This document shows positions 39,172 to 50,100 of a stretch of 64,000 nt of DNA, piece by piece. The notes under the pieces were generated by a model, which searched no databases, was not told the origin of the DNA, and saw only the letters and a program-made list of their open reading frames with translations. The translations under genes and the position numbers were made by a program. The stretch comes from Candidatus Minusculum obligatum (GTDB lineage Bacteria > Patescibacteriota > Minisyncoccia > Phycocordibacterales > Phycocordibacteraceae). The first letter of the stretch is position 1. Each line of letters starts with the position of its first letter. The stretch covers positions 159,035-223,034 of the forward strand of contig CP174360.1 of assembly GCA_045401155.1 (NCBI GenBank), read 5' to 3'.

Positions 39172-40482
39172 ATGATTACTCGAGTCCTTGCAGCACTTAT
39201 GCTCATCGCTGGTATTTCTGCCAGCGTGTTTGTGTTTATGAGTGAGCGTGATGGCGGACCGCTACCACTTTCTTTTGGTCTTGATTTGGCTGGAGGGACA
39301 CATCTTGTCTATAAGGCAGACACAAGCGATCTTGCAGAGGTTGAGCGAAAGGAATCTCTCGTGTCACTTCGTGAGGTGATCGAGCGAAGAACTAATCTCT
39401 TTGGTGTTGCAGAGCCACTTGTACAGATTGAGGAGAGTAGTTTTGTTGCGACAGAACGCGAAGATCGTCTTATTGTAGAGCTTCCAGGTGTCACAGATCT
39501 TTCTGAAGCTGTGCGTGTTATTGGAGAGACACCACTTCTTGAATTCCGTATTGAGGATGAGACAAAGATTCTTGAGGAACTTCCTGAGGATCGGTATGCC
39601 GCAATTGGATTAACAGGCCGCTTTGTGCAAAGTGCAGAGCTTGTATTTGCAGGAGGAACTCAAGGAGGTCTTTCAAATGAGCCTATTGTGCTCGTGCATT
39701 TTAATCAGGAAGGGGCGGATCTTTTTGAGGATGTGACGAGAGAAAATGTAGGGAAGCAACTTGCTATTTTTCTTGATGGGACAGTAATATCAGCACCCGT
39801 TATCCGTGAGGCTATTGCAGGAGGGACGGCACAGATTGCAGGAGGATTTACACCAGAGGAAGCACGGTCACTTGTTCGTGATCTAAATTTCGGTGCGCTC
39901 CCAGTTCCAATCGAGCTTATCTCAACACAAAGTATTGGACCATCTCTTGGCCATGCCATTCTTGAAGACGGTGCGCTTGCAGGAGGATTTGGACTTCTTA
40001 TCATCGGAATCTTTATGGTGGCATGGTACCGGCTTCCAGGGCTTGTGGCATCTCTTGCGCTCATCTTCTATATTGCATTCATGCTTTTGGTGATGAAGCT
40101 TATTCCAATCACGCTTACAGCTGCAGGTATCGCAGGACTCATTCTTTCTCTTGGAATGGCGGTGGATGCAAATGTGCTTATCTTTGAGCGTATGGGAGAA
40201 GAGCTTAAGAAGGGTAAGGGGGTGCGAGAGTCATTGCGTGATGGATTCTCTCGAGCATGGCTTCCTATTCGAGACGGAAATATTTCATCTCTTATTGCGG
40301 CGGTGATTCTCTTCTGGTTTGGAACTTCAATCATTGAAGGATTTGCACTTGTGTTTGCACTCGGAGTACTTCTTTCAATGTTCTCTGCAATTACCATCAC
40401 ACGACTTGTGTTGCTTGCGATTGCACCTGAAGAAGGCGGAAAGGTTTCTCGATTTTTATTTTCTAGCGGTATAAAACTCTAA
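39172..40482 (+). CDS. secD: Protein translocase subunit SecD
   Basis: GLDLAGG, IVELPGV, GALPVP and GMAVDANVLIFER motifs. Confidence 0.96.
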   Translation: MITRVLAALMLIAGISASVFVFMSERDGGPLPLSFGLDLAGGTHLVYKADTSDLAEVERKESLVSLREVIERRTNLFGVAEPLVQIEESSFVATEREDRLIVELPGVTDLSEAVRVIGETPLLEFRIEDETKILEELPEDRYAAIGLTGRFVQSAELVFAGGTQGGLSNEPIVLVHFNQEGADLFEDVTRENVGKQLAIFLDGTVISAPVIREAIAGGTAQIAGGFTPEEARSLVRDLNFGALPVPIELISTQSIGPSLGHAILEDGALAGGFGLLIIGIFMVAWYRLPGLVASLALIFYIAFMLLVMKLIPITLTAAGIAGLILSLGMAVDANVLIFERMGEELKKGKGVRESLRDGFSRAWLPIRDGNISSLIAAVILFWFGTSIIEGFALVFALGVLLSMFSAITITRLVLLAIAPEEGGKVSRFLFSSGIKL

Positions 40483-40483
40483 T

Positions 40484-41386
40484 ATGTTTGTCGTACACTA
40501 CAGAGCAATTTTCTTAAGTCTTGGTGCAGTTATTCTTGCTGCAGCACTTGGGGCAATTCTATTTCTAGGACTTAAGCCGTCTATTGATTTTGCAGGAGGA
40601 ACACTTCTTGAGATCTCATATACACAAGAGGCACCAGAGCAGCAAGTGATTCAAGAAAAGGTTGAGAATCTTGCAATTGGGTCATATTCAGTACGAAAGA
40701 CAGATGCAGATGGGTACATCATTCGTACGCGTGATCTAAATCAGGAAGAGCTTGATGCGCTTACGGCACTGCTTTCTATTGAGGAGAATGCAGTGTCTGT
40801 TGATCGTGTGACAACTATTGGGCCAACACTTGGAAGTGAGCTTACACGCAAGGCCTTCTTCGCACTCGCGGCTCTTTCAGTAGTGATTGTACTGTATGTA
40901 GCGTACGTATTCCGTCGTGTGAGTAAGCCGGTACCATCTATTTTCTATGGATTTATCGTGGTACTCGCACTGCTGCATGACATTATTATTCCGACTGGGT
41001 TTGTGGCGATCATGGGGCACTTCTTTGGTGTTGAGGTGGACGCGCTTTTCGTAGTTGCACTTCTTGCGATTCTTGGATATTCCGTGAATGACACGATTGT
41101 GGTATTTGATCGCATTCGAGAGAACCTTGCTATAAACACAGAGCGTAATGTAAAAGAGGCTTTTGATATTGTGGTAGGAAAGAGTCTAAAGCAGACATAC
41201 ATGCGGTCTATTAATACGTCAGTAACAACCGCACTTGCACTTCTTGCACTATTTTTCTTGGGAGCTGCAGTGACCGAGAATTTCGCGCTCACACTGCTTG
41301 TAGGAGTTGTAGCAGGAACCTATTCATCTATTTTCCTTGCGGCGCCGCTGCTGGTGTTTGTACAGAAGAAATTCTTTAGGAAGTAA
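40484..41386 (+). CDS. secF: Protein translocase subunit SecF
   Basis: IDFAGGT, GYSVNDTIVVFDRIREN and GTYSSIF motifs. Confidence 0.96.
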   Translation: MFVVHYRAIFLSLGAVILAAALGAILFLGLKPSIDFAGGTLLEISYTQEAPEQQVIQEKVENLAIGSYSVRKTDADGYIIRTRDLNQEELDALTALLSIEENAVSVDRVTTIGPTLGSELTRKAFFALAALSVVIVLYVAYVFRRVSKPVPSIFYGFIVVLALLHDIIIPTGFVAIMGHFFGVEVDALFVVALLAILGYSVNDTIVVFDRIRENLAINTERNVKEAFDIVVGKSLKQTYMRSINTSVTTALALLALFFLGAAVTENFALTLLVGVVAGTYSSIFLAAPLLVFVQKKFFRK

Positions 41387-41388
41387 GT

Positions 41389-41946
41389 ATGTTAATTGGA
41401 CTCACAGGCTCATTTGGTGCAGGAAAAGGAGCGGTTGTTGAGTACCTCAAAGAAAAAGGTTTTGCGCACTATTCTGCTCGTGCGTACATTGTTGAGAAGT
41501 TGAATGAAGAAGGAAAGGAAGTGAATAGAGATTCCATGATTGCTATGGGCAACACTCTTCGAGAGAAGTATGGCCCCGGGCATGTACTCGAGACGCTCAT
41601 AGAACGAGCTAATAACGCATCTGAAAATGTGGTTGTAGAGAGTCTTCGGGCAGTAGCGGAGGTGCACGCGGTACGTGCGGCAGGAGGTTTTATTCTTGGA
41701 GTTGATGCAGATCCAAAGGTTCGGTATGAGCGTGCGTACTTACGAGGTTCTGAAACGGACAATGTTTCTTTTGAGGAATGGAAACAGCAAGAAGATATAG
41801 AAAATAATACAGAAGATCCCACAAAGCAGAATATACAAGGTGCGCTCGCGCTTTCAGATGTGGTGGTTATGAATGATGGTTCCTTTGAAGACCTGTACAA
41901 ACAGGTTGATGCAGCGCTTTTATCTTTTTCAAAGAAAGAGGATTGA
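41389..41946 (+). CDS. P-loop kinase, dephospho-CoA kinase/NMP kinase-like
   Basis: IGLTGSFGAGKG, VVESLR...EV and V.NDGS motifs. Confidence 0.8.
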   Translation: MLIGLTGSFGAGKGAVVEYLKEKGFAHYSARAYIVEKLNEEGKEVNRDSMIAMGNTLREKYGPGHVLETLIERANNASENVVVESLRAVAEVHAVRAAGGFILGVDADPKVRYERAYLRGSETDNVSFEEWKQQEDIENNTEDPTKQNIQGALALSDVVVMNDGSFEDLYKQVDAALLSFSKKED

Positions 41947-41976
41947 CATATTTTTTCATAGGAGTACGGTAAATAT

Positions 41977-42048
41977 ATGATTACGAACGTTTCGTTTGTC
42001 ATTACATCAATTACAGTCCTTCTGAAGGGCTGGGACCTTGGTGTGTGA
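41977..42048 (+). CDS. Putative 23-aa leader peptide MITNVSFVITSITVLLKGWDLGV
   Basis: ATG follows TTGACA-16-TACGGT; Ile/Thr/Val-rich; overlaps alternative hairpins. Confidence 0.55.
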   Translation: MITNVSFVITSITVLLKGWDLGV

Positions 42049-42072
42049 TAGCGAAATTTCTCTCCACAAACC

Positions 42073-42104
42073 AAAGTCCCGCCCACAAAGGCGGGATTTT
42101 TGTT
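42073..42104 (+). terminator. Attenuator-type terminator upstream of the 42156 ORF
   Basis: AAAGTCCCGCC-CACAAA-GGCGGGATTTTTGTT; its 5' arm is also complementary to 42032-42047. Confidence 0.75.
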
Positions 42105-42155
42105 CGGGAGAGTTGTAGTCAAGGATTGATCTTTTAAAAACGAAAGGGAATACAG

Positions 42156-42515
42156 ATGACTATAACTGCAGACGATGCTGTTGGGTGCGCTTTTGCGCGT
42201 CCTACAGAATCAGCGACAATGACTTCGCATTGCGAAAGTGTCGTGCTCCTTGGAGGTTCGCTTCCTAATAAGGGGCAGAAAGCAATAGAGCGTGCGTACC
42301 GTCGGTTGCCGGAAGAGTGGCGCGCGTACAAGAAAAAGCACCCGCTTCTTCTTCAAGCGATCGATGCGATTCTGGGTTACTCAGAGACGGCCCGCAGTCG
42401 GGCGCTCAAGCACGGTTCACTTGGTGATCTTACCCCGAATATTCCAGCTGATCTTTGCTATCTGGGTCGTTTCCCAGACAGCAAGCTTCAGGAGATCAAA
42501 AAAGCGATCTCTTGA
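42156..42515 (+). CDS. ORFan hypothetical protein (119 aa)
   Basis: GAAAGGGAAT SD-like motif upstream, GC hairpin downstream, GC-richer codons. Confidence 0.6.
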   Translation: MTITADDAVGCAFARPTESATMTSHCESVVLLGGSLPNKGQKAIERAYRRLPEEWRAYKKKHPLLLQAIDAILGYSETARSRALKHGSLGDLTPNIPADLCYLGRFPDSKLQEIKKAIS

Positions 42516-42729
42516 AATGAAAATGCCGCCCTTGGTTTATCCTCGGGCGGCTTTCCACATCATTTAGGGCAATAAAAACACATAAGCGAGAGCGCTTTGT
42601 GAACAGAATATTTAGTTGTCTTCTTCGCTTCTTGGCAAAGCTTTGACGGCTTTCTCCACTATACGAGTTTGTATATTTTCTGCAAGAAAAAAAGTGGATA
42701 GGGAATAGAATTTTAATACTGTCTACGCC

Positions 42730-42757
42730 TTGACTCGGGAGTGTATATCCGTATAAT
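42730..42757 (+). promoter_or_regulatory. Promoter of the stand-alone 16S gene
   Basis: TTGACT-16-TATAAT; boxA-like TGATTTTTGAAAC at ~42790. Confidence 0.75.
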
Positions 42758-42903
42758 GGCCCCACTGTCTAGAAAGGCAGTTTTTGATTGATTTTTGAAA
42801 CACGAGTCTAGTCCATTGGAGCTACCAAGTGACTAGATCATAGAGTACGTAATGATCACTGAGTTAAGTGGAATGAAATATATTTTCTTTCGTTCCGCCT
42901 ATT

Positions 42904-44363
<1,460 letters not shown>

Positions 44364-44550
44364 TGGACTTCTTGTACTTTGTACAAGTACGGCGATCATC
44401 TGTTTTACAGATGTGGACATGGCACTCATCCAGAAATGGTGCCCGGCGTACCTACAGTCGGAAGTAGGTCGTTGTGTTGTCGAATTCGCAACATAACGTG
44501 AATAGGCGGAACGAATGAGTATATATTTCAGATTTACGTACACTATGAGC

Positions 44551-44578
44551 AAAAAACACCACAGTCGTGGTGTTTTTT
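44551..44578 (+). terminator. Terminator of the 16S unit
   Basis: AAAAAACACCAC-AGTC-GTGGTGTTTTTT. Confidence 0.85.
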
Positions 44579-44659
44579 GTTTGATTTCAATATGTTGCAT
44601 TTTGTTGTTTTTATGGTATAATACTTTTAGTAGGAATAGCACAGAAAGGGGAATTAAGT

Positions 44660-44944
44660 ATGTGCGCGTATCCTGCAGAATATCCAGTTGACCCTATTGC
44701 ACAGCTCCGCAAGGAGATGGGCACGGGCGGCTGGAGACATCGTTTGGTCCGAGTGTTTCGCACACGGGTCAGGCAGTTCTTCACAACCTGCGAGCTTTTC
44801 TTTGCTCGCAAGAAAAAGAGTTCGTATGTGGCAGACCCCATTGCCGCATTTGATCACGAGTATGCAAGGACAATCGAAGTTCTGTGCTGGGCATATGCCT
44901 GGTATTGTCTTACCGTGATCTTCCACGCGATTCTTCTTCTATAG
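44660..44944 (+). CDS. ORFan hypothetical protein (94 aa, C-terminal TM)
   Basis: TATAAT promoter element, GAAAGGGGAATT SD-like motif, terminator hairpin ~44950-44980. Confidence 0.55.
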   Translation: MCAYPAEYPVDPIAQLRKEMGTGGWRHRLVRVFRTRVRQFFTTCELFFARKKKSSYVADPIAAFDHEYARTIEVLCWAYAWYCLTVIFHAILLL

Positions 44945-45023
44945 AAACAGGCCCCGGTGCAGTGATGCACGGGGCTTTTCTAATGCAAAGGCCCCGAAAG
45001 TAATCGGGGCCTTGATTGCCACT

Positions 45024-45203
45024 TCAGCGATTGAAGTTGCGCTGGAATAGTGATCCGTGCACACCTTCGTCTGCGACGATTCGGTCGCGAAGCTTTTCCA
45101 TTCGAGCTTCGAAGTTGTGCACGCGGCCAGGCGCTTTTTCTCCGCTCTTGGTTACTGAGCGTGGCGGTTTATTCAGGCGGTTTTGGTTTTGCCCTTTACA
45201 CAA
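45024..45203 (-). CDS. ORFan basic small protein (59 aa, TTG start)
   Basis: GAAAGGGGG upstream of TTG; open frame ...GRVHNFEARMEKLRDRIVADEGVHGSLFQRNFNR; hairpin ~44989-45011 downstream; not in the ORF track. Confidence 0.45.
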   Translation of the reverse strand: MCKGQNQNRLNKPPRSVTKSGEKAPGRVHNFEARMEKLRDRIVADEGVHGSLFQRNFNR

Positions 45204-45295
45204 AGGGTCCCCCTTTCTTTTGAATGAACAGTGACAATATATTCAAAATACTCTTCTTTATTTACTCCGTCAATCTTTAGGGTATGCTGGTGTAT

Positions 45296-46561
45296 ATGTT
45301 TTCAGGGAAGAGAGTTACGGTTATGGGACTTGGGCTTTTGGGGCGCGGTGTTGGAGATGCCGCGTATTTGGCAGAGCAGGGTGCTGAGGTTTTAGTGACA
45401 GATCTAAAGAGTAAAGAGGAGCTTCAGGTTTCTGTAGATAAACTTTCTCATTTTTCTAATATTTCTTTTGTGCTTGGAGAGCACCGTCTAGAAGATTTTG
45501 AAGATAAAGATTTTATATTGAAGGGGAATGGCGTACCGCTTCAAAATAAATATATTGAACATGCACAGAGCAGTGGTGTGCCTATTGAGATGAGCGGTGC
45601 ACTTTTCCATGCGTATGCTGGTATTCCCATGATCGGTGTTACCGGTACTCGGGGGAAAAGCACGATTACTGAGCTTATTCATCACGTACTCGGGAGTAGA
45701 TCATTGCTTGGTGGGAATATTCGAGGTGTTTCTAATTTACAGCTTTTAAAAGAAGTTGAAGGGAAGGAAGTCGCAACTTTTGAGTTGGATAGCTGGCAGC
45801 TGCAGGGCTTTGGGTATAGAAAGATTTCTCCGCAGGTTGCGGTGTTTAGTAACTTCATGGAGGATCATCTTAATTACTATGGAGATATGGATACGTACTT
45901 CATGGATAAGGCGCAGATTTTTCTACATCAAAAAGAGGATGGTGTTTTGATTGTTGGAGAGGGTGTAGAGGACCGCATAAAAGAGTATCGAAGTGACTAC
46001 ATTGTTGCGAAAAAAGAAGATGTAGATTTTTCTTGGGTACCGGGATTAGTTGGAGAGCACAATCATGAAAATGTTGCATGCGCGTATCATGCGCTCAAGA
46101 TGCACGGACTTTCTGATGAAGAAATTAAAAAGGGATTTTTAAGCTTTGCGCCGGTTGAGGGGAGGCTACAGTTTGTTGGTGAGTATAGAGGCGTAAAAGT
46201 TTTTAATGACAATAATGCAACGACGCCAACTGCTACTGCTGCAGGAATTGCCGCATTGAAAGGAGAGGGGAGGTTGATTGCCATTATTGGCGGAGCAGAT
46301 AAAGGGTTAGATGTGTCTCCACTTGTAGATGTTTTGGGAAGTGTAGATCATGTAATCCTGCTTGCAGGTTCTGGGACAGAGAAATTGGGAATAGGTGGTG
46401 AGATGTTTGATGATATAGAAAAAGCACTTGCGTCTGCATTTTCTATTGCAGAAGAATGTGACACTATTTTATTTTCACCAGGATTTGCATCCTTTGGAAT
46501 GTTCCAAAATGAGTATGAGCGTAACGATGCGTTTATGCAGGCGCTGTCTCATTTTGAATAA
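45296..46561 (+). CDS. murD: UDP-N-acetylmuramoyl-L-alanine--D-glutamate ligase
   Basis: VMGLG, GVTGTRGKST, ELDSWQL, DHLNY, GGADKG and LFSPGFASF..F.N...R motifs. Confidence 0.93.
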   Translation: MFSGKRVTVMGLGLLGRGVGDAAYLAEQGAEVLVTDLKSKEELQVSVDKLSHFSNISFVLGEHRLEDFEDKDFILKGNGVPLQNKYIEHAQSSGVPIEMSGALFHAYAGIPMIGVTGTRGKSTITELIHHVLGSRSLLGGNIRGVSNLQLLKEVEGKEVATFELDSWQLQGFGYRKISPQVAVFSNFMEDHLNYYGDMDTYFMDKAQIFLHQKEDGVLIVGEGVEDRIKEYRSDYIVAKKEDVDFSWVPGLVGEHNHENVACAYHALKMHGLSDEEIKKGFLSFAPVEGRLQFVGEYRGVKVFNDNNATTPTATAAGIAALKGEGRLIAIIGGADKGLDVSPLVDVLGSVDHVILLAGSGTEKLGIGGEMFDDIEKALASAFSIAEECDTILFSPGFASFGMFQNEYERNDAFMQALSHFE

Positions 46562-46831
46562 ATAAAAGGCGCTTCTTACAGCGCATACGAATTCGTTGTT
46601 TATTTTTGTGTCGTCGCAGTTTATCTGCGAGGGTCGATTGGTATCGATTGTATCTTTTTGATTGTCGCTCTCTGGTTGCTCCTTTGTGGCACATAGCTTG
46701 GCAGGCGTGTGTTATCTAGTAAGCATATACACTATAGCGAAGTTTTAGGAGTGTGGTAAAGGTGGTTTTGCACAAAAGAGAATTTCATTGCTCTATTGCT
46801 TGGTATTTGCTAGTATGGCGTCTACGCATAT

Positions 46832-46905
46832 GCGCGCATAGCTCAGTTGGCTAGAGCATTCGACTGATACTCGAAAGGTCCTAGGTTCGAATCCTAGTGC
46901 GCGCA
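46832..46905 (+). tRNA. tRNA-Ile(GAT), CCA not encoded
   Basis: GCGCGCA/TGCGCGC-A acceptor, TAGCTCAG D arm, TTCGA-CTGATAC-TCGAA anticodon arm, CTAGG-TTCGAAT-CCTAG T arm. Confidence 0.95.
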
Positions 46906-47113
46906 CAAAAAGGTATATTGCATTACATATGAAAGATCGTTTTTGGTTCAAGAGAATGTATTTCGGTATTGGTTGGGTACCAGCAACATGGCAGGGAGGT
47001 AAGAGATAGCAGCAAAAGAACACACACTTATATACAAGAACGCTCGGAAACGGGCGTTTTTGTATTGGTTGCGTGTAATAATAAGTGCACCATGAGCATT
47101 TTGTTCTTTTTGT

Positions 47114-50100
47114 ATGAAATTTAGATTTCTCACAAGTGCAACAGTTCCCATTTGGTATAAAACAGCACTTGTTGCTATACCTATTTTTATATTTTTATGG
47201 AGTGTATTTCTCACGCCTTTTTTGACAGCGCTTCCAAAAGATTTCTCATACGAAGCAGACATTAGCTCAGTAGATAATTTTTATGATGAGACTATCGGGG
47301 AGTATTTAGGGGAGGAGTACTCTGTAACGACGTTTTCATATAATGCAGAACGAAGCTTGAGCGGCGTTCTTGATATTACACATACATTTAATGTGCGCAC
47401 CCAGGCCGGGGAGCCAATTTTTTCTGTTGAGAGAATGTACGGTATCGACAGGTTCACGCAGGAACATGTTTCAGGGTTTGGTGATGCAGACAGGTATGGA
47501 TACTTGTTTGCGCCAAAGTTTTTAGATGAAAGTAAGGAGTTTACCTATTGGCATATTAATTATGATGCGCCTGCACAAATGGAGTTTGTGGCAGTGGAGA
47601 AGATACTGGGTCTTGAAGTGCTTCGATATCATTCATCATATGAGGGAGAGTGGATTGATCAAACTGAGAATCTTGCCTATTTACCGGGGGTTCCTGAGGA
47701 GCGTGGTGTTGTAGTAGAGCCAGAGCTTACCATATGGGTGGAGCCCGTATCTGGGCACTTAGTTAAGTATGAAGATGAGACTATCGCATATTACTATGAT
47801 CAGGAAACAAAGGAAAAAATAGTCCCATGGAACAGGTTCAGCAACACACTAACAGAGCAGAGTGTGCGAACACATGTTGCCAGTGCACAAGATGCAAAGA
47901 CAAAAAATCTGTTTTATGTATGGTACGTGCCATTGCTTCTTGGGCTGCTCTGGGCAGGGCTCATTGTTTTTGGGAAGACTGTTATCTCAGAGTTTGTTCA
48001 AAAATACATACACTCAAAAGTAATTATTCCTATAGCTGGAGGGTTTCTTATGCTCTCAGCGGGAGTTGTTTTGGTTGATTGGGCGTTACAGCTTGGTGCC
48101 GTATTTCAAATATTTTCAAGTGGAGCAGGGATGAATCCACTTACCGCGCTTACATTTTTTATTATAGGACTTGCGCTAGTTTTTCTTTCGCAAAAGAAGA
48201 TGAAGATTGTGTTTGTGCTAACGGGAGGTGTTATCTTCATCCCTATTTTAAATGTACTTAGTCTTACAAACACCATTCCTATAGATGTTGACCTCATTCT
48301 CTTTAGGGATGCAATTGAGAGTGCGGGAGTACTTTCGCGGATGTCCTGGTTTACAACCATCAACTTTATTTTTCTAGGAATATCAGGACTCGCGTTGCAA
48401 GATTTTCCGCGTCGCATAAAACAATTTTTTTCATTTTTGCCGTTTGGAACACTTGCCGCAGCATTGCTTGCAATTGTTGGATACATAGCAAAAGACCTTG
48501 CACTCCTAGAGTTAATTGTCTTTTCTGGTGTAGGACTAAACACCGCAATTTTGTTTATTGTTGTTTCTATTGTGGCTCTATATATTTACGGATTCCGTAT
48601 TTCTCGAACATCAGGACTTTTGTTTAGTGTATTTTTCACCACATTATTTATTTCTACAATAATGTATTCCTACGTAGTGTCGATTAGTGCACAAAAGCTT
48701 GATGTGCTTTTTTCTGTAGAAACTGCTGCGGTACAAGATACGATTCGAGATAGGTTGAGTATTTATGCAAACACACTCGCAGGTGGTGTAGGTCTCTTTA
48801 ATGCTTCAAATGCAGTAAGTAGAGAGGAGTGGCGTGCATATGTTGAGGCAATTTCAGTGCAAGAAAATTATCCTGGTATCCAGGGTGTTGGGTATGCTGT
48901 TGTGGTAGAAGATGAGCAGGCGCTTATAGAGGAGGTGCGAAACGAAGGCTTCCCTGAGTTTAGTGTGTATCCAGAAAGCGATGAAGAGTTGCGCACAAGC
49001 ATCATTTATCTTGAGCCATTTGATTTTAGAAACCAGCGTGCTTTTGGGTACGACATGTTTTCAGAACAAAATCGTAGACTCGCTATGCAGCGCGCCCGAG
49101 ACTCAGGGCTTCCAAAGATTTCTGATAAGATTACTCTCTTGCAAGAGACAGAGAGTGATGTACAGGCGGGGTTCTTGATGTACTTGCCAGTATACAAAAA
49201 GGGAGACACTCCAATTGATTCTATTGATAGTCGAAGGGCGGGTATTGAAGGATTTGTATACGCTCCGTTCCGTATGAATGACTTTATGGGGGGTATGCAA
49301 AATACGTTTGATAACGAACTTGCCTTTCGCATGTTTAGTGGAACAGAAGCAGACATTGATCAATTATTATATGCTCAAAATGGATCTGCATTTACGGGTG
49401 TCGGAGGAGATGAGGGGGTGTATTCAACAGTCTTTTATGCTGCAGGGCAACCGTGGCTAATTCAGTTTAAGCAACTCCCGTTCTTTGGAGAAGGTGTACG
49501 CGACACAATCTTGCCTCCGTTTATTGCGGCCGTTGGTATCATTGTGAGTTTGCTTGCAACTTTGATTTTATATGCACTTCTTTCTTCTCGAGAGCGTGCA
49601 CTCGCGTATGCAGAGCGTATTACGCAAAACCTAAAGTTGAGTAAGGATCAACTTCTTGAGGCAAAGACACAAACAGAAGCGCTTCTTGGAAGTATTGGAG
49701 AAGGTGTGGTTGCGGTATCTATGACCGGGGAAATCATGTTCGTAAATGATTATGTAGAAAATTTCTTTGGTCGCAAAGGAGAGGAATTTAAAGGGCAGAA
49801 ACTCTTTGATGTAGTTGATGTTGCAGATGAAAATGGGAAAGAAGTTCCTCTTGAGTCATGGTCTGTATATCGTGCGATAAAAACAAAGAAGCGAGTGGTT
49901 GAAACACGGCATATGGTGCGCCTAGATGGAGGTGAGTTTAAGCCTGTGTCTATTACAACAAGCCCAATCATTGTAAATGACAAACCAGTTGGTGCGGTTG
50001 CCGTGTTCCGTGACATTACACAAGAGCGTGCGATAGACCGAGCAAAAAGTGAGTTTGTATCCCTTGCGTCACATCAGTTGCGCACACCACTTTCTGCCAT

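Noticed and set aside
46562-46740. Gap between murD and tRNA-Ile with a minus-strand -10 element, small hairpins and a tmRNA-tag-like ending (NSYAL-stop)
   Set aside because: The ATG after the promoter closes after four codons, there are no tRNA-like ends, and no convincing global fold or ORF could be supported.
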